A stretch of 64,000 nt of DNA from positions 10,094 through 74,093 of the forward strand of contig SVHS01000001.1 of NCBI GenBank assembly GCA_015055745.1, given 5' to 3'. The notes under the pieces were generated by a model, which was not told the origin of the DNA, did not search any database, and saw only the letters and a list, made by a program, of their open reading frames with translations. Numbering within the stretch: position 1 is the first letter of the stretch; each line of letters starts with the position of its first letter. The position numbers and the translations under genes were made by a program. Shown here in pieces: positions 38,169-47,609 of the stretch. This DNA comes from Clostridiales bacterium. Lineage in GTDB: Bacteria; Bacillota; Clostridia; Christensenellales; UBA1242.

Positions 38169-39335
38169 ATGAAAGATATAGTATTTGTTTTAAATATTGG
38201 ATGTTATCCTGTCCCGGCTATAAAAGGTGGTGCAGTGGAATCTTTGTTGACTGCATTGATAGATGAAAATGAAAAACAAAAAAAGTTCAATTTTCATGTA
38301 ATAATGTGCAAAGATAAAAATGATATTACCCAATATGACTATTCAAGCTATCAAAATACGAAATTTTATGACTATTATCAAGGTGGCTTGAAGTTTAAGA
38401 TTGGTCGTATAGTAAATGGTGTAAATAAAAGGTTAAATTATGCATTGCCTTTATATTCAGCTTATGAGAAATTTATAATAAAGACTATAGACAAAATAAA
38501 TCCAGATTTTATGGTTTTTGAGGGTTCGTTTAATGCTACTCTTAGAAAATTATCAAAAAAATATGATAAAGATAAATTGATACTACATGTACATCATCAA
38601 ATCTTACCTAAATACAAGATAGATAAATATTTTGGTAGAATGTGGTGCGTCAGTGAATTTATCAAAAATGATTGGATTGCGAGTAAAAAGCTATCACCTG
38701 ATTTCAAGTATCAAGTTTTAAACAATGTATTGACTTCTTATTCATTTTACAATGAGATTAGCAAAGAAGAAATTAAAGATTTAAGAGAAAAATTAGGATT
38801 TGCAGATGATGATTTTGTGGTAATATATTGTGGCAGATTAGTAGAGGTCAAAGGCATAGATATTTTAGTAAAAGCTATAAAAGAGATTGATAATGAGCAT
38901 ATAAAACTCATGGTGGTGGGAGAGTCAGGATTTAAAGATTCAAAACCTCAACCATTTATACAGACATTAAAAGATATAGTTTGCAATGACGATAAAATAG
39001 TATTTACAGGCTATGTGGAAAATAAAGATCTATATAAATATTATTCAATAGCTGATTTGCAAGTGATTCCTTCAGTGTGGGAAGAAGCTGCAGGTATCGT
39101 GGCACTAGAGGGTAAAGTAAGAGGTTTGCCTCAGATTATTACTAATTCTGGTGGCTTGCCAGAATATGCTCGAAAAGATGCCGTCGTATTGGATAAGGAA
39201 GACAATTTACAGCAAAATCTTGTAAAAGAGATATCAAATTTTTACAATAGGAAATATGATTTTGACAAAACTAAAGCTTTTGCACCAAGTGTTAAAGAAT
39301 ATTATGAGCAATTTATAAAAATCATAGAAGAATAG
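38169..39335 (+). CDS. Glycosyltransferase family 4 (GT1 fold)
   Basis: The C-terminal half carries the typical GRLVEVKGIDILV..., VPSVWEEAAGIVALEG... E-x7-E region. Confidence 0.85.
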   Translation: MKDIVFVLNIGCYPVPAIKGGAVESLLTALIDENEKQKKFNFHVIMCKDKNDITQYDYSSYQNTKFYDYYQGGLKFKIGRIVNGVNKRLNYALPLYSAYEKFIIKTIDKINPDFMVFEGSFNATLRKLSKKYDKDKLILHVHHQILPKYKIDKYFGRMWCVSEFIKNDWIASKKLSPDFKYQVLNNVLTSYSFYNEISKEEIKDLREKLGFADDDFVVIYCGRLVEVKGIDILVKAIKEIDNEHIKLMVVGESGFKDSKPQPFIQTLKDIVCNDDKIVFTGYVENKDLYKYYSIADLQVIPSVWEEAAGIVALEGKVRGLPQIITNSGGLPEYARKDAVVLDKEDNLQQNLVKEISNFYNRKYDFDKTKAFAPSVKEYYEQFIKIIEE

Positions 39336-39343
39336 GGTTATAT

Positions 39344-40342
39344 ATGAGTAAAATTTCAGTTATCATTCCAGTGTACAAAGTAGAAAAATATCTAGATAAA
39401 TGTGTGGAAAGTGTGGTCAATCAGACATACAAAAATCTAGAAATAATTTTAGTAGATGATGGTAGTCCAGACAGGTGTCCGCAGATGTGTGATGAATGGG
39501 CAAAGAAAGATGAAAGAATAAAGGTTGTACACAAACAAAATGGAGGTCTTAGCAGTGCTAGAAATGCGGGTATGGAAGTGGCCACAGGTGAATATATAGC
39601 ATTTTTAGACTCCGATGATTTTGTAGATATTACAATGTATCAAAAGTTATATGATAAAATGCTAGAAGAAAGGTCTGATATATGTATGTGCGGGATTACT
39701 CATGTATACGAAGATGGAAATACGCAAATCATTAAGGAAACTAATCTTACTAATCTAAATAAAGAAAATGTCTTCAAATATTTAATTGTATATAATAGTT
39801 ATGTAGAAAAAAATATATTTTATACTGATAATATTATGGGAAGCGTATGGCGTTCTTTGTATAAAAAAGAACTATTGGACAATTTATTGTTCACAAATAT
39901 TTACTGTGAAGATATTATCTTTATGATAGATGTCTTTCAACGAGTAAACAAGATTTCTGCAGTAGATGAAAATCTTTATTATTATTTACAAAGGCAGGGC
40001 AGTATTACAAAAGTATGTAATGAGTCACAAATACGTAAACATATAGATTTTGCTAAATTAATGAAAGAAAAGATTTATGGTTATGTAGATGAAGATGCGT
40101 ATAAAGCGCAATTATTCCACATGTACGAAACTCCAGTATCTATGTGTATATATTATAAAAACAAGGAACTATTTAAAAGGTCTGTAAATGACAAGTTTTT
40201 AAGCAGTTTGAATACTAAAGAAAATTATAAGGCAAGGCAAAATTTAGATAAAAACTTTAAAAGAAAAATTTTAAATTTTTTGGTACATCATAAAATGTAC
40301 ACTATGGCTAGAATTCTTTATAGACTTGTGGGAAAGTCGTAA
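39344..40342 (+). CDS. Glycosyltransferase family 2
   Basis: ISVIIPVYKVEKYLDKCVESVVNQTY, VDDGSPD, FLDSDD. The C-terminal part is paralogous to the C-terminus of the 34854 fusion protein. Confidence 0.9.
   Translation: MSKISVIIPVYKVEKYLDKCVESVVNQTYKNLEIILVDDGSPDRCPQMCDEWAKKDERIKVVHKQNGGLSSARNAGMEVATGEYIAFLDSDDFVDITMYQKLYDKMLEERSDICMCGITHVYEDGNTQIIKETNLTNLNKENVFKYLIVYNSYVEKNIFYTDNIMGSVWRSLYKKELLDNLLFTNIYCEDIIFMIDVFQRVNKISAVDENLYYYLQRQGSITKVCNESQIRKHIDFAKLMKEKIYGYVDEDAYKAQLFHMYETPVSMCIYYKNKELFKRSVNDKFLSSLNTKENYKARQNLDKNFKRKILNFLVHHKMYTMARILYRLVGKS
39368..39567 (+). repeat. 200-bp near-identical direct repeat, copy B
   Basis: Partner of 37233-37432. Confidence 0.9.
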
Positions 40343-40389
40343 GGCATAGGATAAAATTAATAAAGATAGGAGAGAGAAGTAAAAAATAC

Positions 40390-41907
40390 ATGGCTAGAAA
40401 GGAAAGAACAGTAAAAAATAGTATTGCTGCAATATTTAGATATGTAGTAAAATTGATATTGCAATTTGTAATACGTACAATGCTGATCTATAAGCTCGGT
40501 GTAGAATATGTCGGGTTAGATTCTTTGTATGCAAATATTATTTCTATGTTGTCTCTTGCTGAGCTCGGTATAGGTAGTGCGATAGTGTTTAGTATGTACA
40601 AACCTATAGCTGAAAATGATGTAGAAAAACTGAAAAGTCTAAATGCCTTATACAAAAAGCTATACATGATCATTACGATAGTTGTGTTGGTTGTTGGTAT
40701 AGCGTTGATGCCGTTTATTGAGTTTTTTATCAGTGGTGAACCTAATGTAAATGTAAATTTATATGTTGTATATGTGATATTTTTGGCGAATACAGTGATT
40801 AGTTATTTGGGAGCTCACAAGCGTTCATTGCTATTTGCAAATCAGAGAAATGATATAGAAAACAATATACTTACCACGCAAATAATAATCATGTCAATTG
40901 TGCAAATTGCGGTGTTGGTGATTTTCAAAAATTATTATTTATATGCTATTATGATTCCTTTGTTTACATTGGTAGAAGTAATAGCTGTAGTGATTGTTGC
41001 TAATAAATTATATCCAGAAATAAATGGAAAGGCAAAACCCCTAGATAAAGAAACAAAAAAAACCATATCTAAAAATATAGTGGCTACAGCTTGTCATCAT
41101 TTAGGTTCAGTAGTAGTCATGAGTACTGACAATTTATTGATATCAAAATTTTTTGGACTTACGATGTTGGGTACGATTTCTAATTACATATTGATTTATA
41201 ATGCAATAAATTCTCTAATACAATTGTTTATTGGTGCGGTTCAAGCTAGTGTAGGAAACATGATAGCCACTACCGATAAGGAAAAGGTATATAAATTTTA
41301 TAAACTTTTAAATTGGTTTTTTGCATGTGTGACTGGTTTTTGTAGTATAGCTTTGATGTGTTTGTATCAACCATTTATGACTATATGGGTAGGAGATATA
41401 AATGCATTGGCGACTATTTGGGTGGTTTTGTCGATAGTAGTTCGTTTTTATGTCACTCAAATGCGATGTGTCACCAATATGTTTAAGACGTGTGCAGGAT
41501 TAATGTGGAATGATAGGTTTAAGCCTATCATTGAATCAGTCATAAATATTGTGGCGTCTATCATATGTATTCAATTTTTTGGAGTAGCTGGAATTTTTAT
41601 AGGTACAATTATTTCTACTATTTGCGCTCCATTGTGGGTAGAACCTCTTGTGTTGTACAAAAATTATTTTAATAAAAGTTTGAAAGAATTTTTTACTCAA
41701 TATATAATATTTACCATTGTGACACTAATTGCAGGAGGATTAACATATTTTGTTTGTACTTTACTACCAACAGTAGGGGTATTATATTTTATATTAAAGA
41801 TGGCAATTTGTATCTTTGTACCGTTAATGATTTACCTATTATTCTATTTCAAGACGGATTATTTCAAACAATGTATTGTGTATGCAAAAAATATATTAAA
41901 AAAATAG
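40390..41907 (+). CDS. wzx: Polysaccharide flippase (Wzx, MOP superfamily)
   Basis: 505 aa with about 12-14 TM helices. Typical N-terminus KNSIAAIFRYVVKLILQFVIRTMLIYKLGVEYVGL. Confidence 0.85.
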   Translation: MARKERTVKNSIAAIFRYVVKLILQFVIRTMLIYKLGVEYVGLDSLYANIISMLSLAELGIGSAIVFSMYKPIAENDVEKLKSLNALYKKLYMIITIVVLVVGIALMPFIEFFISGEPNVNVNLYVVYVIFLANTVISYLGAHKRSLLFANQRNDIENNILTTQIIIMSIVQIAVLVIFKNYYLYAIMIPLFTLVEVIAVVIVANKLYPEINGKAKPLDKETKKTISKNIVATACHHLGSVVVMSTDNLLISKFFGLTMLGTISNYILIYNAINSLIQLFIGAVQASVGNMIATTDKEKVYKFYKLLNWFFACVTGFCSIALMCLYQPFMTIWVGDINALATIWVVLSIVVRFYVTQMRCVTNMFKTCAGLMWNDRFKPIIESVINIVASIICIQFFGVAGIFIGTIISTICAPLWVEPLVLYKNYFNKSLKEFFTQYIIFTIVTLIAGGLTYFVCTLLPTVGVLYFILKMAICIFVPLMIYLLFYFKTDYFKQCIVYAKNILKK

Positions 41908-41910
41908 TTA

Positions 41911-41938
41911 AAAAAGGACCTCATGTGAGGTCCTTTTT
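41911..41938. terminator. Bidirectional terminator between wzx and res
   Basis: AAAAAGGACCTCATGTGAGGTCCTTTTT, a palindromic stem flanked by A and T runs. Confidence 0.85.
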
Positions 41939-44136
41939 TATTTGAATATTTGGCTCAAGATTTTCCAGTCTTCAGATTGGATATCTTCATTATAGTTTTC
42001 CATACAAATGCACAATTCGTCTGATTGCTTGTCACAGCGGACAAAGCCACCTTTGAGATTGTATTTTTGTAGATATCTTTTTAGTTCTACAAATTTCTTT
42101 GATGAAAATGGATCTATATCTTCACTTTTTCCAGTGCGAGTAAATCCACCTTTTGTCTCGATAATCCAAATCTCACCCTTCAATGAAACAATATAGTCGG
42201 GATAGAAAAGTTTTTGGTGGTTTGAATTGTCTAGGTATACGATGGATAAATATTCCTCGCCTTTGTCTCCGTTTTTATAATACCATTCTACTGCATTGCA
42301 TTTTTCACAAAGTTTTTCAAATTTTCTCTCAGATGCAGATCTTGGTTCGGCAGAAAGTAGATATCCGTTGTATACATTTTTTGAGCTTTCTGTTTGGTCT
42401 TTGTTGGTGATATCGTAGGTAAATAATGTCTCAGTAGGGATTTTAAATTCTTTTTGAGATATTTCTTTGACATCTAGTACTAGCTGAGCTAATACTGTAG
42501 CCATAGCCTCACAGATAGTGTGCTTTAATAAATCTATATTGTTGATTACAAAGGCATATAGCTGACGAGTCGTGAGTGATAATAATTTATCATAATACTC
42601 AGTCTTGTCTACAAATAATTTTCCAAGTATTGTATTCATATAAGAATACTCCAAACCTATTTCTAGACCTAGACGGCTGACATTGTCATGATATACTCTA
42701 CCATGAGTATGAGTGTTTATAGATTCGCCAGCATTGATTTTATTAAATTCATTTTGGTTTATAGGTTTATCTAGTAAAGAAACTTTTCCAGATAAACTTG
42801 TGATTATGATATTGTCGGAGAAGATAAATCCTCTCGTTTCCAATCTGGTCTTATTTTCTGATTTGTTGTTTGTAAGACCAAACTCTTGCTTCATGTACAA
42901 AACGATAGACTGTAGTGCTTTCCTAGGGTCTCTTATGTCAGTCACCATTTTTCTTTGCTCTTTAGTCAATGTAAATTTTTTAAATTCGTTTTTCAAAAAC
43001 AAGGTCTTGGCATCTAATGCATTTTTACCTAAGCTTGATTTTACGCCAGCAGTAAATTTGCTATCAAAGGTATATAGATAACAGCTATCCAACAAGTCAC
43101 TGCCATAATGCTTTGCTTCTGGCATGCGTCTGATACGTCCGATAGTCTGTATCTCAAATGTCTCATCCATATTTTCACGAAGCTTTACTAATATGCTAGC
43201 TCTTGGACAGTCCCAGCCAGTAGCTACAGCTTGCTTTATGATGACGGCTATTTGCTCTGAGTTGTTTACCGAAATATTTTCTAGATTTTCATGTCTACCA
43301 GACAACCATAAAGACAATTTATTGTTTTGATAGTTTATACCTTTTTCTTCAAAAAACTTTTCTACTATAGACAATAGAGTATCTGAATTGTTTGGTAACT
43401 GGACGATGATCAATGGATTGATATTGACATTTCGGACCAAATATTGCTGATGAAGCTCTTGCTGTTTTGCTAAAGCTTTGTCCAATAAGTAGTTTGTAAG
43501 ATTATCTGTAGAGACTTCCTGTGGGAAATTTTCATTGATCACCAATAGCTTTTTTATCAAGCCTTCTGCTATAACGTCTTCTTCACTGACTTCTATCAAT
43601 TTTGCTTTTTTGTCAGGGAGTGGGGTAGCAGAGCATCGAATGATTTTATCTGTTTTAAAATACTGTACTATCTCATCAGCCTTACCAGTAAAGTTTTGAT
43701 GACTTTCATCTATTATTACTTTAAATTTTAAACCATCTGCGAAAGCTCTTTCTATGTATTCTAGGAAATTTGTCCTTTCGCTGTCTTTCAAAGCAGTGTT
43801 TCCTTTCTTCGTGAGTTTTTCCCAGTTTATAAAGCAGTTATCATTTTCTTCAAATCCGCTAGTCATGACATCGCATAAGAGTTTTGTCTGAGCGTTGTGG
43901 ATATATCTATCCATCTTTTCTTTGCTTTGTTCTTCTAGATTTCCTTTACCAGGGGTCAGCCAAACAAAGACTGTCTTAGAGTGGCCTTTGATGTATTCGT
44001 CCATAAAGTGGGTGAGAATAATTGTTTTACCACTACCAGTAGGACTCTTCAAGATGATGTCTCTTGTATCTTCTTCCATACTTTCCAATAATAATTTTAT
44101 GGTTTTTAATTGAAAATTAGCTAATCGTATATTCAT
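41938..44136 (-). CDS. res: Type III restriction enzyme, Res subunit
   Basis: SF2 helicase motif I SPTGSGKT and motif II IIDESHQ. C-terminal PD-(D/E)xK-like YPDYIV...IWIIETKG. It lies 1 nt downstream of the mod gene. Confidence 0.85.
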   Translation of the reverse strand: MNIRLANFQLKTIKLLLESMEEDTRDIILKSPTGSGKTIILTHFMDEYIKGHSKTVFVWLTPGKGNLEEQSKEKMDRYIHNAQTKLLCDVMTSGFEENDNCFINWEKLTKKGNTALKDSERTNFLEYIERAFADGLKFKVIIDESHQNFTGKADEIVQYFKTDKIIRCSATPLPDKKAKLIEVSEEDVIAEGLIKKLLVINENFPQEVSTDNLTNYLLDKALAKQQELHQQYLVRNVNINPLIIVQLPNNSDTLLSIVEKFFEEKGINYQNNKLSLWLSGRHENLENISVNNSEQIAVIIKQAVATGWDCPRASILVKLRENMDETFEIQTIGRIRRMPEAKHYGSDLLDSCYLYTFDSKFTAGVKSSLGKNALDAKTLFLKNEFKKFTLTKEQRKMVTDIRDPRKALQSIVLYMKQEFGLTNNKSENKTRLETRGFIFSDNIIITSLSGKVSLLDKPINQNEFNKINAGESINTHTHGRVYHDNVSRLGLEIGLEYSYMNTILGKLFVDKTEYYDKLLSLTTRQLYAFVINNIDLLKHTICEAMATVLAQLVLDVKEISQKEFKIPTETLFTYDITNKDQTESSKNVYNGYLLSAEPRSASERKFEKLCEKCNAVEWYYKNGDKGEEYLSIVYLDNSNHQKLFYPDYIVSLKGEIWIIETKGGFTRTGKSEDIDPFSSKKFVELKRYLQKYNLKGGFVRCDKQSDELCICMENYNEDIQSEDWKILSQIFK

Positions 44137-44137
44137 T

Positions 44138-45805
44138 TTAACCCTCCATATCTTTGTAGTAATAGTCAGGTATTACGCTTGTTTTGATATTCTTTTTCTT
44201 AAATAAGTCTTCTTGCTCCTTAGTAGGTAGCACATCAAGACCTAAATATATGGCTTTACACTCAGCAGGAATGTGACTAATGAATTCATCTAGCTCTTGA
44301 TCGGTCAATATGATGGCTACTTCGTTACTGGTGTCTATATCTATACCATTTTCTAATTCGATTAACTCTTTTGTGTGTTTCAAAAGCTCATCAGCGTATT
44401 CATAATAAAGCTGGTCTGATATAGGCACAAAATCTACTTTCATATATTTTAGGCTAGCTTTGTAGTCTTCTTCTTGAATAACTCTTTTCACTCTTTCGTA
44501 AGTCACATCTCGGCAAATATTATTTTCATTATTTGTACAGAGTATAAACTTACGATTTCCGTCATCTTCTGCATTAAGTTTCATCACTGCATGTCCAGTC
44601 GTACCACTGCCAGCGAAGAAATCCAATACAATCGCATTTTTTTTGTCAGCGATTACGGCATAAAGGCAGTCATATACGTTCCAAAGAGATTTTGGGAAAT
44701 CAAATGGAGATTCTGGCACAAGATGATTTATGATTTTCTTTCCATATTCATTTGAATCATAGCGAGAATCTATCCATACTGTTCTATAAGTTCCAAATGT
44801 TTTGCCCAATTCTATTTCATAAGTATTTTTATTTTTCTTTACCCTTAATAGATTTTGAATGTTTTCTACAGTTTGTCGAGCATATCTCCACTTTCTTTCT
44901 ATGCCTTTTATATCGATAGGGTAAATATAGTACAAGTCATCTATTTTTTCACATTGCTTTGGATGAATTGCCTCGTCGTATAAGACGTCTCCAAAACCAA
45001 CGATCTTCTCGCCATCTGTAATTATAGGATAAAAACAATTACGAGCATCTGATCTTAAAGATTCTCCACCATTGTCTCTTAGATTTCTCCAATCAATTTC
45101 TTCTTCTGAAATTTTTCTACCACCAATTATCTTTTCACCTTTAGGTATTACAAAATAGGCAAATTCATTTGTGTATGAAAAGTTTTTTCCTTGTATTCCT
45201 CTTGGGTTGTGCACAATAGTGACGCAAACATATTCATATCCTTCGCCAAAAATTTCTTCGAGTAATAATTTTAATGTGGCAACCTCATTTTCATCTATCG
45301 CACATATCAAGACGCCTTTAGGGGTAAGCAATTTTTTACACTTTGCCAATCTTTCACTCATCATGCTAAGCCATTTACTGTGTTTGTACATATCATTTGA
45401 ATCAACATAATCATTATTATATTTCCACGTTTTAGATCCTGTATTATATGGTGGATCAATGTATATTAAGTCGATCGCTCCTTTGTGGGTTTTTTCTAGT
45501 AGATTAAGAGAAGCGAGGTTATCACCTTCGATTAGGAAATTCATTTGCCCGTCATTGTTTATATACAAATCTTTATCTTCTACAAGTATAGGAGTATTGT
45601 TTTCTAAGATTTCATCGATAGCTTCTTTATGCTTTTCGTACACGATACCAAATTTTTTTCCTTTAATATCATTTTTTATATCCGCAATGTATGAAAGAAG
45701 TCTTGACGTATTTTCGTCTTGAGGACTAGCTGTGATAAACTGTTCGATTTGATTTATCTTATTTACGAGACTTTCTCTTTTTTCCTTTGAGATATTAGTA
45801 TCCAT
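44138..45805 (-). CDS. mod: Type III DNA methyltransferase, Mod subunit (beta-class N6A/N4C)
   Basis: Motif IV IYIDPPYNTG lies upstream of motif I LDFFAGSGTTGHA. The mod-then-res order is typical of Type III systems. Confidence 0.88.
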   Translation of the reverse strand: MDTNISKEKRESLVNKINQIEQFITASPQDENTSRLLSYIADIKNDIKGKKFGIVYEKHKEAIDEILENNTPILVEDKDLYINNDGQMNFLIEGDNLASLNLLEKTHKGAIDLIYIDPPYNTGSKTWKYNNDYVDSNDMYKHSKWLSMMSERLAKCKKLLTPKGVLICAIDENEVATLKLLLEEIFGEGYEYVCVTIVHNPRGIQGKNFSYTNEFAYFVIPKGEKIIGGRKISEEEIDWRNLRDNGGESLRSDARNCFYPIITDGEKIVGFGDVLYDEAIHPKQCEKIDDLYYIYPIDIKGIERKWRYARQTVENIQNLLRVKKNKNTYEIELGKTFGTYRTVWIDSRYDSNEYGKKIINHLVPESPFDFPKSLWNVYDCLYAVIADKKNAIVLDFFAGSGTTGHAVMKLNAEDDGNRKFILCTNNENNICRDVTYERVKRVIQEEDYKASLKYMKVDFVPISDQLYYEYADELLKHTKELIELENGIDIDTSNEVAIILTDQELDEFISHIPAECKAIYLGLDVLPTKEQEDLFKKKNIKTSVIPDYYYKDMEG

Positions 45806-46017
45806 GTCTTACTCCTGTATAACTTTTAACTTTGTTTTGTGACATATAAATAAATTATAACATATTTTTAAGATTTTGGTAAGCTTTTATGGCTAAATTA
45901 TATCAAAACTCTAAAATAATAGTTCGAATCTATCCTAGGAATTGAACAATGAAAAAAAACCTTTAGTTTACGCAAGCAAATATACAATATTGCTTATAAA
46001 CCAAAGGGAGTTTTCTA

Positions 46018-46063
46018 TGGAGCTGTTACCGGGATTGGAACCCGGGACCTTCCACCTTACCAA
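46018..46063 (-). pseudogene. 3' half of a tRNA-Thr-like gene (anticodon loop to CCA), orphaned
   Basis: The minus strand reads TTGGTAAGGTGG-AAGGTC-CCGGG-TTCCAAT-CCCGG-TAACAGC-T-CCA. No matching 5' half lies adjacent. Confidence 0.7.
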
Positions 46064-46181
46064 CTCGATTTCGGGCTTGTATATGATTAACTACACTCCA
46101 TATTGTGTTTTAATTTTTATATCTTTCAATATCTTGTGTTCAATAATTTTCATTTTGTTCATTTTATGCAGTTTTTTGCGT

Positions 46182-46227
46182 TTTGTATACCAATTTGTAT
46201 ACCAAAAAGTATGCCAAAAGTATGCCA
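46182..46227 (+). repeat. Tandem short repeats: 2 x TTTGTATACCAA, then 2 x AAAGTATGCCA
   Basis: Four consecutive units with 11-12 bp periodicity, read directly. The related core GTATACCA recurs at 56452-56471. Confidence 0.9.
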
Positions 46228-46411
46228 TTTTATAGATGTTTATCGAGGGTTAAGGGTTAAAAATTTAGTAAAATTTTAATATTTTTGAAGGTGGATTTTT
46301 ATACAAATCCACTAATTTTTTATAGCCAAAGAAAGCAATATTGTAAAATATAATGCATTTTTAGATAAAATATGCTATACTTAATATTATAAATTTGGTT
46401 TAGGAGTTTTT

Positions 46412-47482
46412 ATGAATATTAATAAAATAGATGAAACTATAAAACTATACAAAAATTATTTGAGACATAATAATCAATCTAAAAATGATTTTAATGATAG
46501 AAAGGCTAGAATAGCGTATTATCAAAAATTTAATAAAGAAAGTTTTTTAAAAATAACAGAAGAAGATTTTATTGAGTTTATCGGAAAATTGTGGGCTTCT
46601 TCAATGTATGGTAGTAAAAAATATTTAGTAGATCAAATGATATTAAGTAATAAAGGGTTTGACAACTTAAAGTTGATTCTTGCGGATTTTATATATGGAA
46701 AACAAGATTTGTCATCAAGGTGGGATAAATTCCTAAAAGAAGCAAAGTTTTTTGGTCCTTCATATATGAGTGAAATATTGGGGTATATTTATCCAAATGA
46801 TTATGCATTGGCAAACAATCAGGTTATTAAAGCCTTGGATTATCTAGAAATGCCAAAAGTTCCACATTACAACTATCAATTTACTGGTAAAAAATATTTA
46901 GAAATTTGTGATACTGTTAAACATTTAGCAAAAAGACTTGGCGACGCTGGGGTAGATTGTGAAAATCTGCTCGCTGTAGATTATTACTTGTGGGAAGTGA
47001 CAAGATTAACAGCCGATAAATCTTTGAATGAAATTAAGACAGCCGAAAAACCTATAACTAATAAAGAACAGGAGTTTATTCACAAAGAAATAATTGACAA
47101 GATTGTTGAAATTGGTGGATTGCTTGGATTTGAAGCAAAATCTGAAGTTAAAGTTGGAAAAGGTGCAATTGTGGATGCTGTTTGGAGTATAAATATTGGA
47201 AATATGGGTCAAATAATGTATGTTTTTGAAGTCCAAACAAAAGGAAGTATTGATAGTTTGCTTTTAAATTTGCAAAAAGCTAACAATAATAAATCTGTCC
47301 AATCGATAGTGGCGGTTTCGGACGAAGTTCAACTTCAAAAGATTAAAAATGAAAGCGAAGAAATTGATACGCTGAAAGATTTGAAACTGTGGGACTATAA
47401 AGATGTTCTAAATGTTTATGATTCTTTAAATAATGCTATGACTTCTATAAATAAGCTGGGATTGGTGCCAAAAAGCTTTTAG
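46412..47482 (+). CDS. Uncharacterised 356-aa protein; the C-terminal region has a PD-(D/E)xK-like pattern (candidate nuclease)
   Basis: A TAGGAG ribosome-binding site precedes the start. C-terminal ...IVEIGGLLGFEAKSEVKVGKGAIVDAVW...(about 19 aa)...VFEVQTKGSIDSLLLNLQKA. The N-terminal ~200 aa are helical and of no confidently recognised family. Confidence 0.55.
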   Translation: MNINKIDETIKLYKNYLRHNNQSKNDFNDRKARIAYYQKFNKESFLKITEEDFIEFIGKLWASSMYGSKKYLVDQMILSNKGFDNLKLILADFIYGKQDLSSRWDKFLKEAKFFGPSYMSEILGYIYPNDYALANNQVIKALDYLEMPKVPHYNYQFTGKKYLEICDTVKHLAKRLGDAGVDCENLLAVDYYLWEVTRLTADKSLNEIKTAEKPITNKEQEFIHKEIIDKIVEIGGLLGFEAKSEVKVGKGAIVDAVWSINIGNMGQIMYVFEVQTKGSIDSLLLNLQKANNNKSVQSIVAVSDEVQLQKIKNESEEIDTLKDLKLWDYKDVLNVYDSLNNAMTSINKLGLVPKSF

Positions 47483-47531
47483 TAAAATGTGAATAAAATT
47501 TTACTGATTGAGATTTACTGTAAAATATTTT

Positions 47532-47564
47532 AACAAATTTGTTGAAAATGCTTGACAAATTTGT
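47532..47564. promoter_or_regulatory. Two copies of the palindrome ACAAATTTGT, 22 bp centre to centre, overlapping a TTGACA -35 box upstream of the Type I operon
   Basis: AACAAATTTGTT at 47532-47543, ACAAATTTGT at 47555-47564, TTGACA at 47552-47557. Confidence 0.5.
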
Positions 47565-47609
47565 TTTTTTATGCTAGTTTAATTTTGAAAAATAACAAGA
47601 GGAGGGTTT

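Noticed and set aside
45915-45948. TAGTTCGAATCTATCCTAGGA resembles a tRNA T loop plus acceptor 3' strand on the plus strand.
   Set aside because: I could not build a T stem longer than 4 bp, nor any matching D, anticodon or acceptor 5' segment upstream. No partner tRNA lies at the other side of the Type III genes. It is probably chance similarity to the common TTCGAAT motif.
45942-46235. 97-aa ORF covering the region between mod and the island.
   Set aside because: It runs through the orphan tRNA 3' half and the tandem GTATACCA repeats and has no ribosome-binding site. The ORF is best explained as chance.
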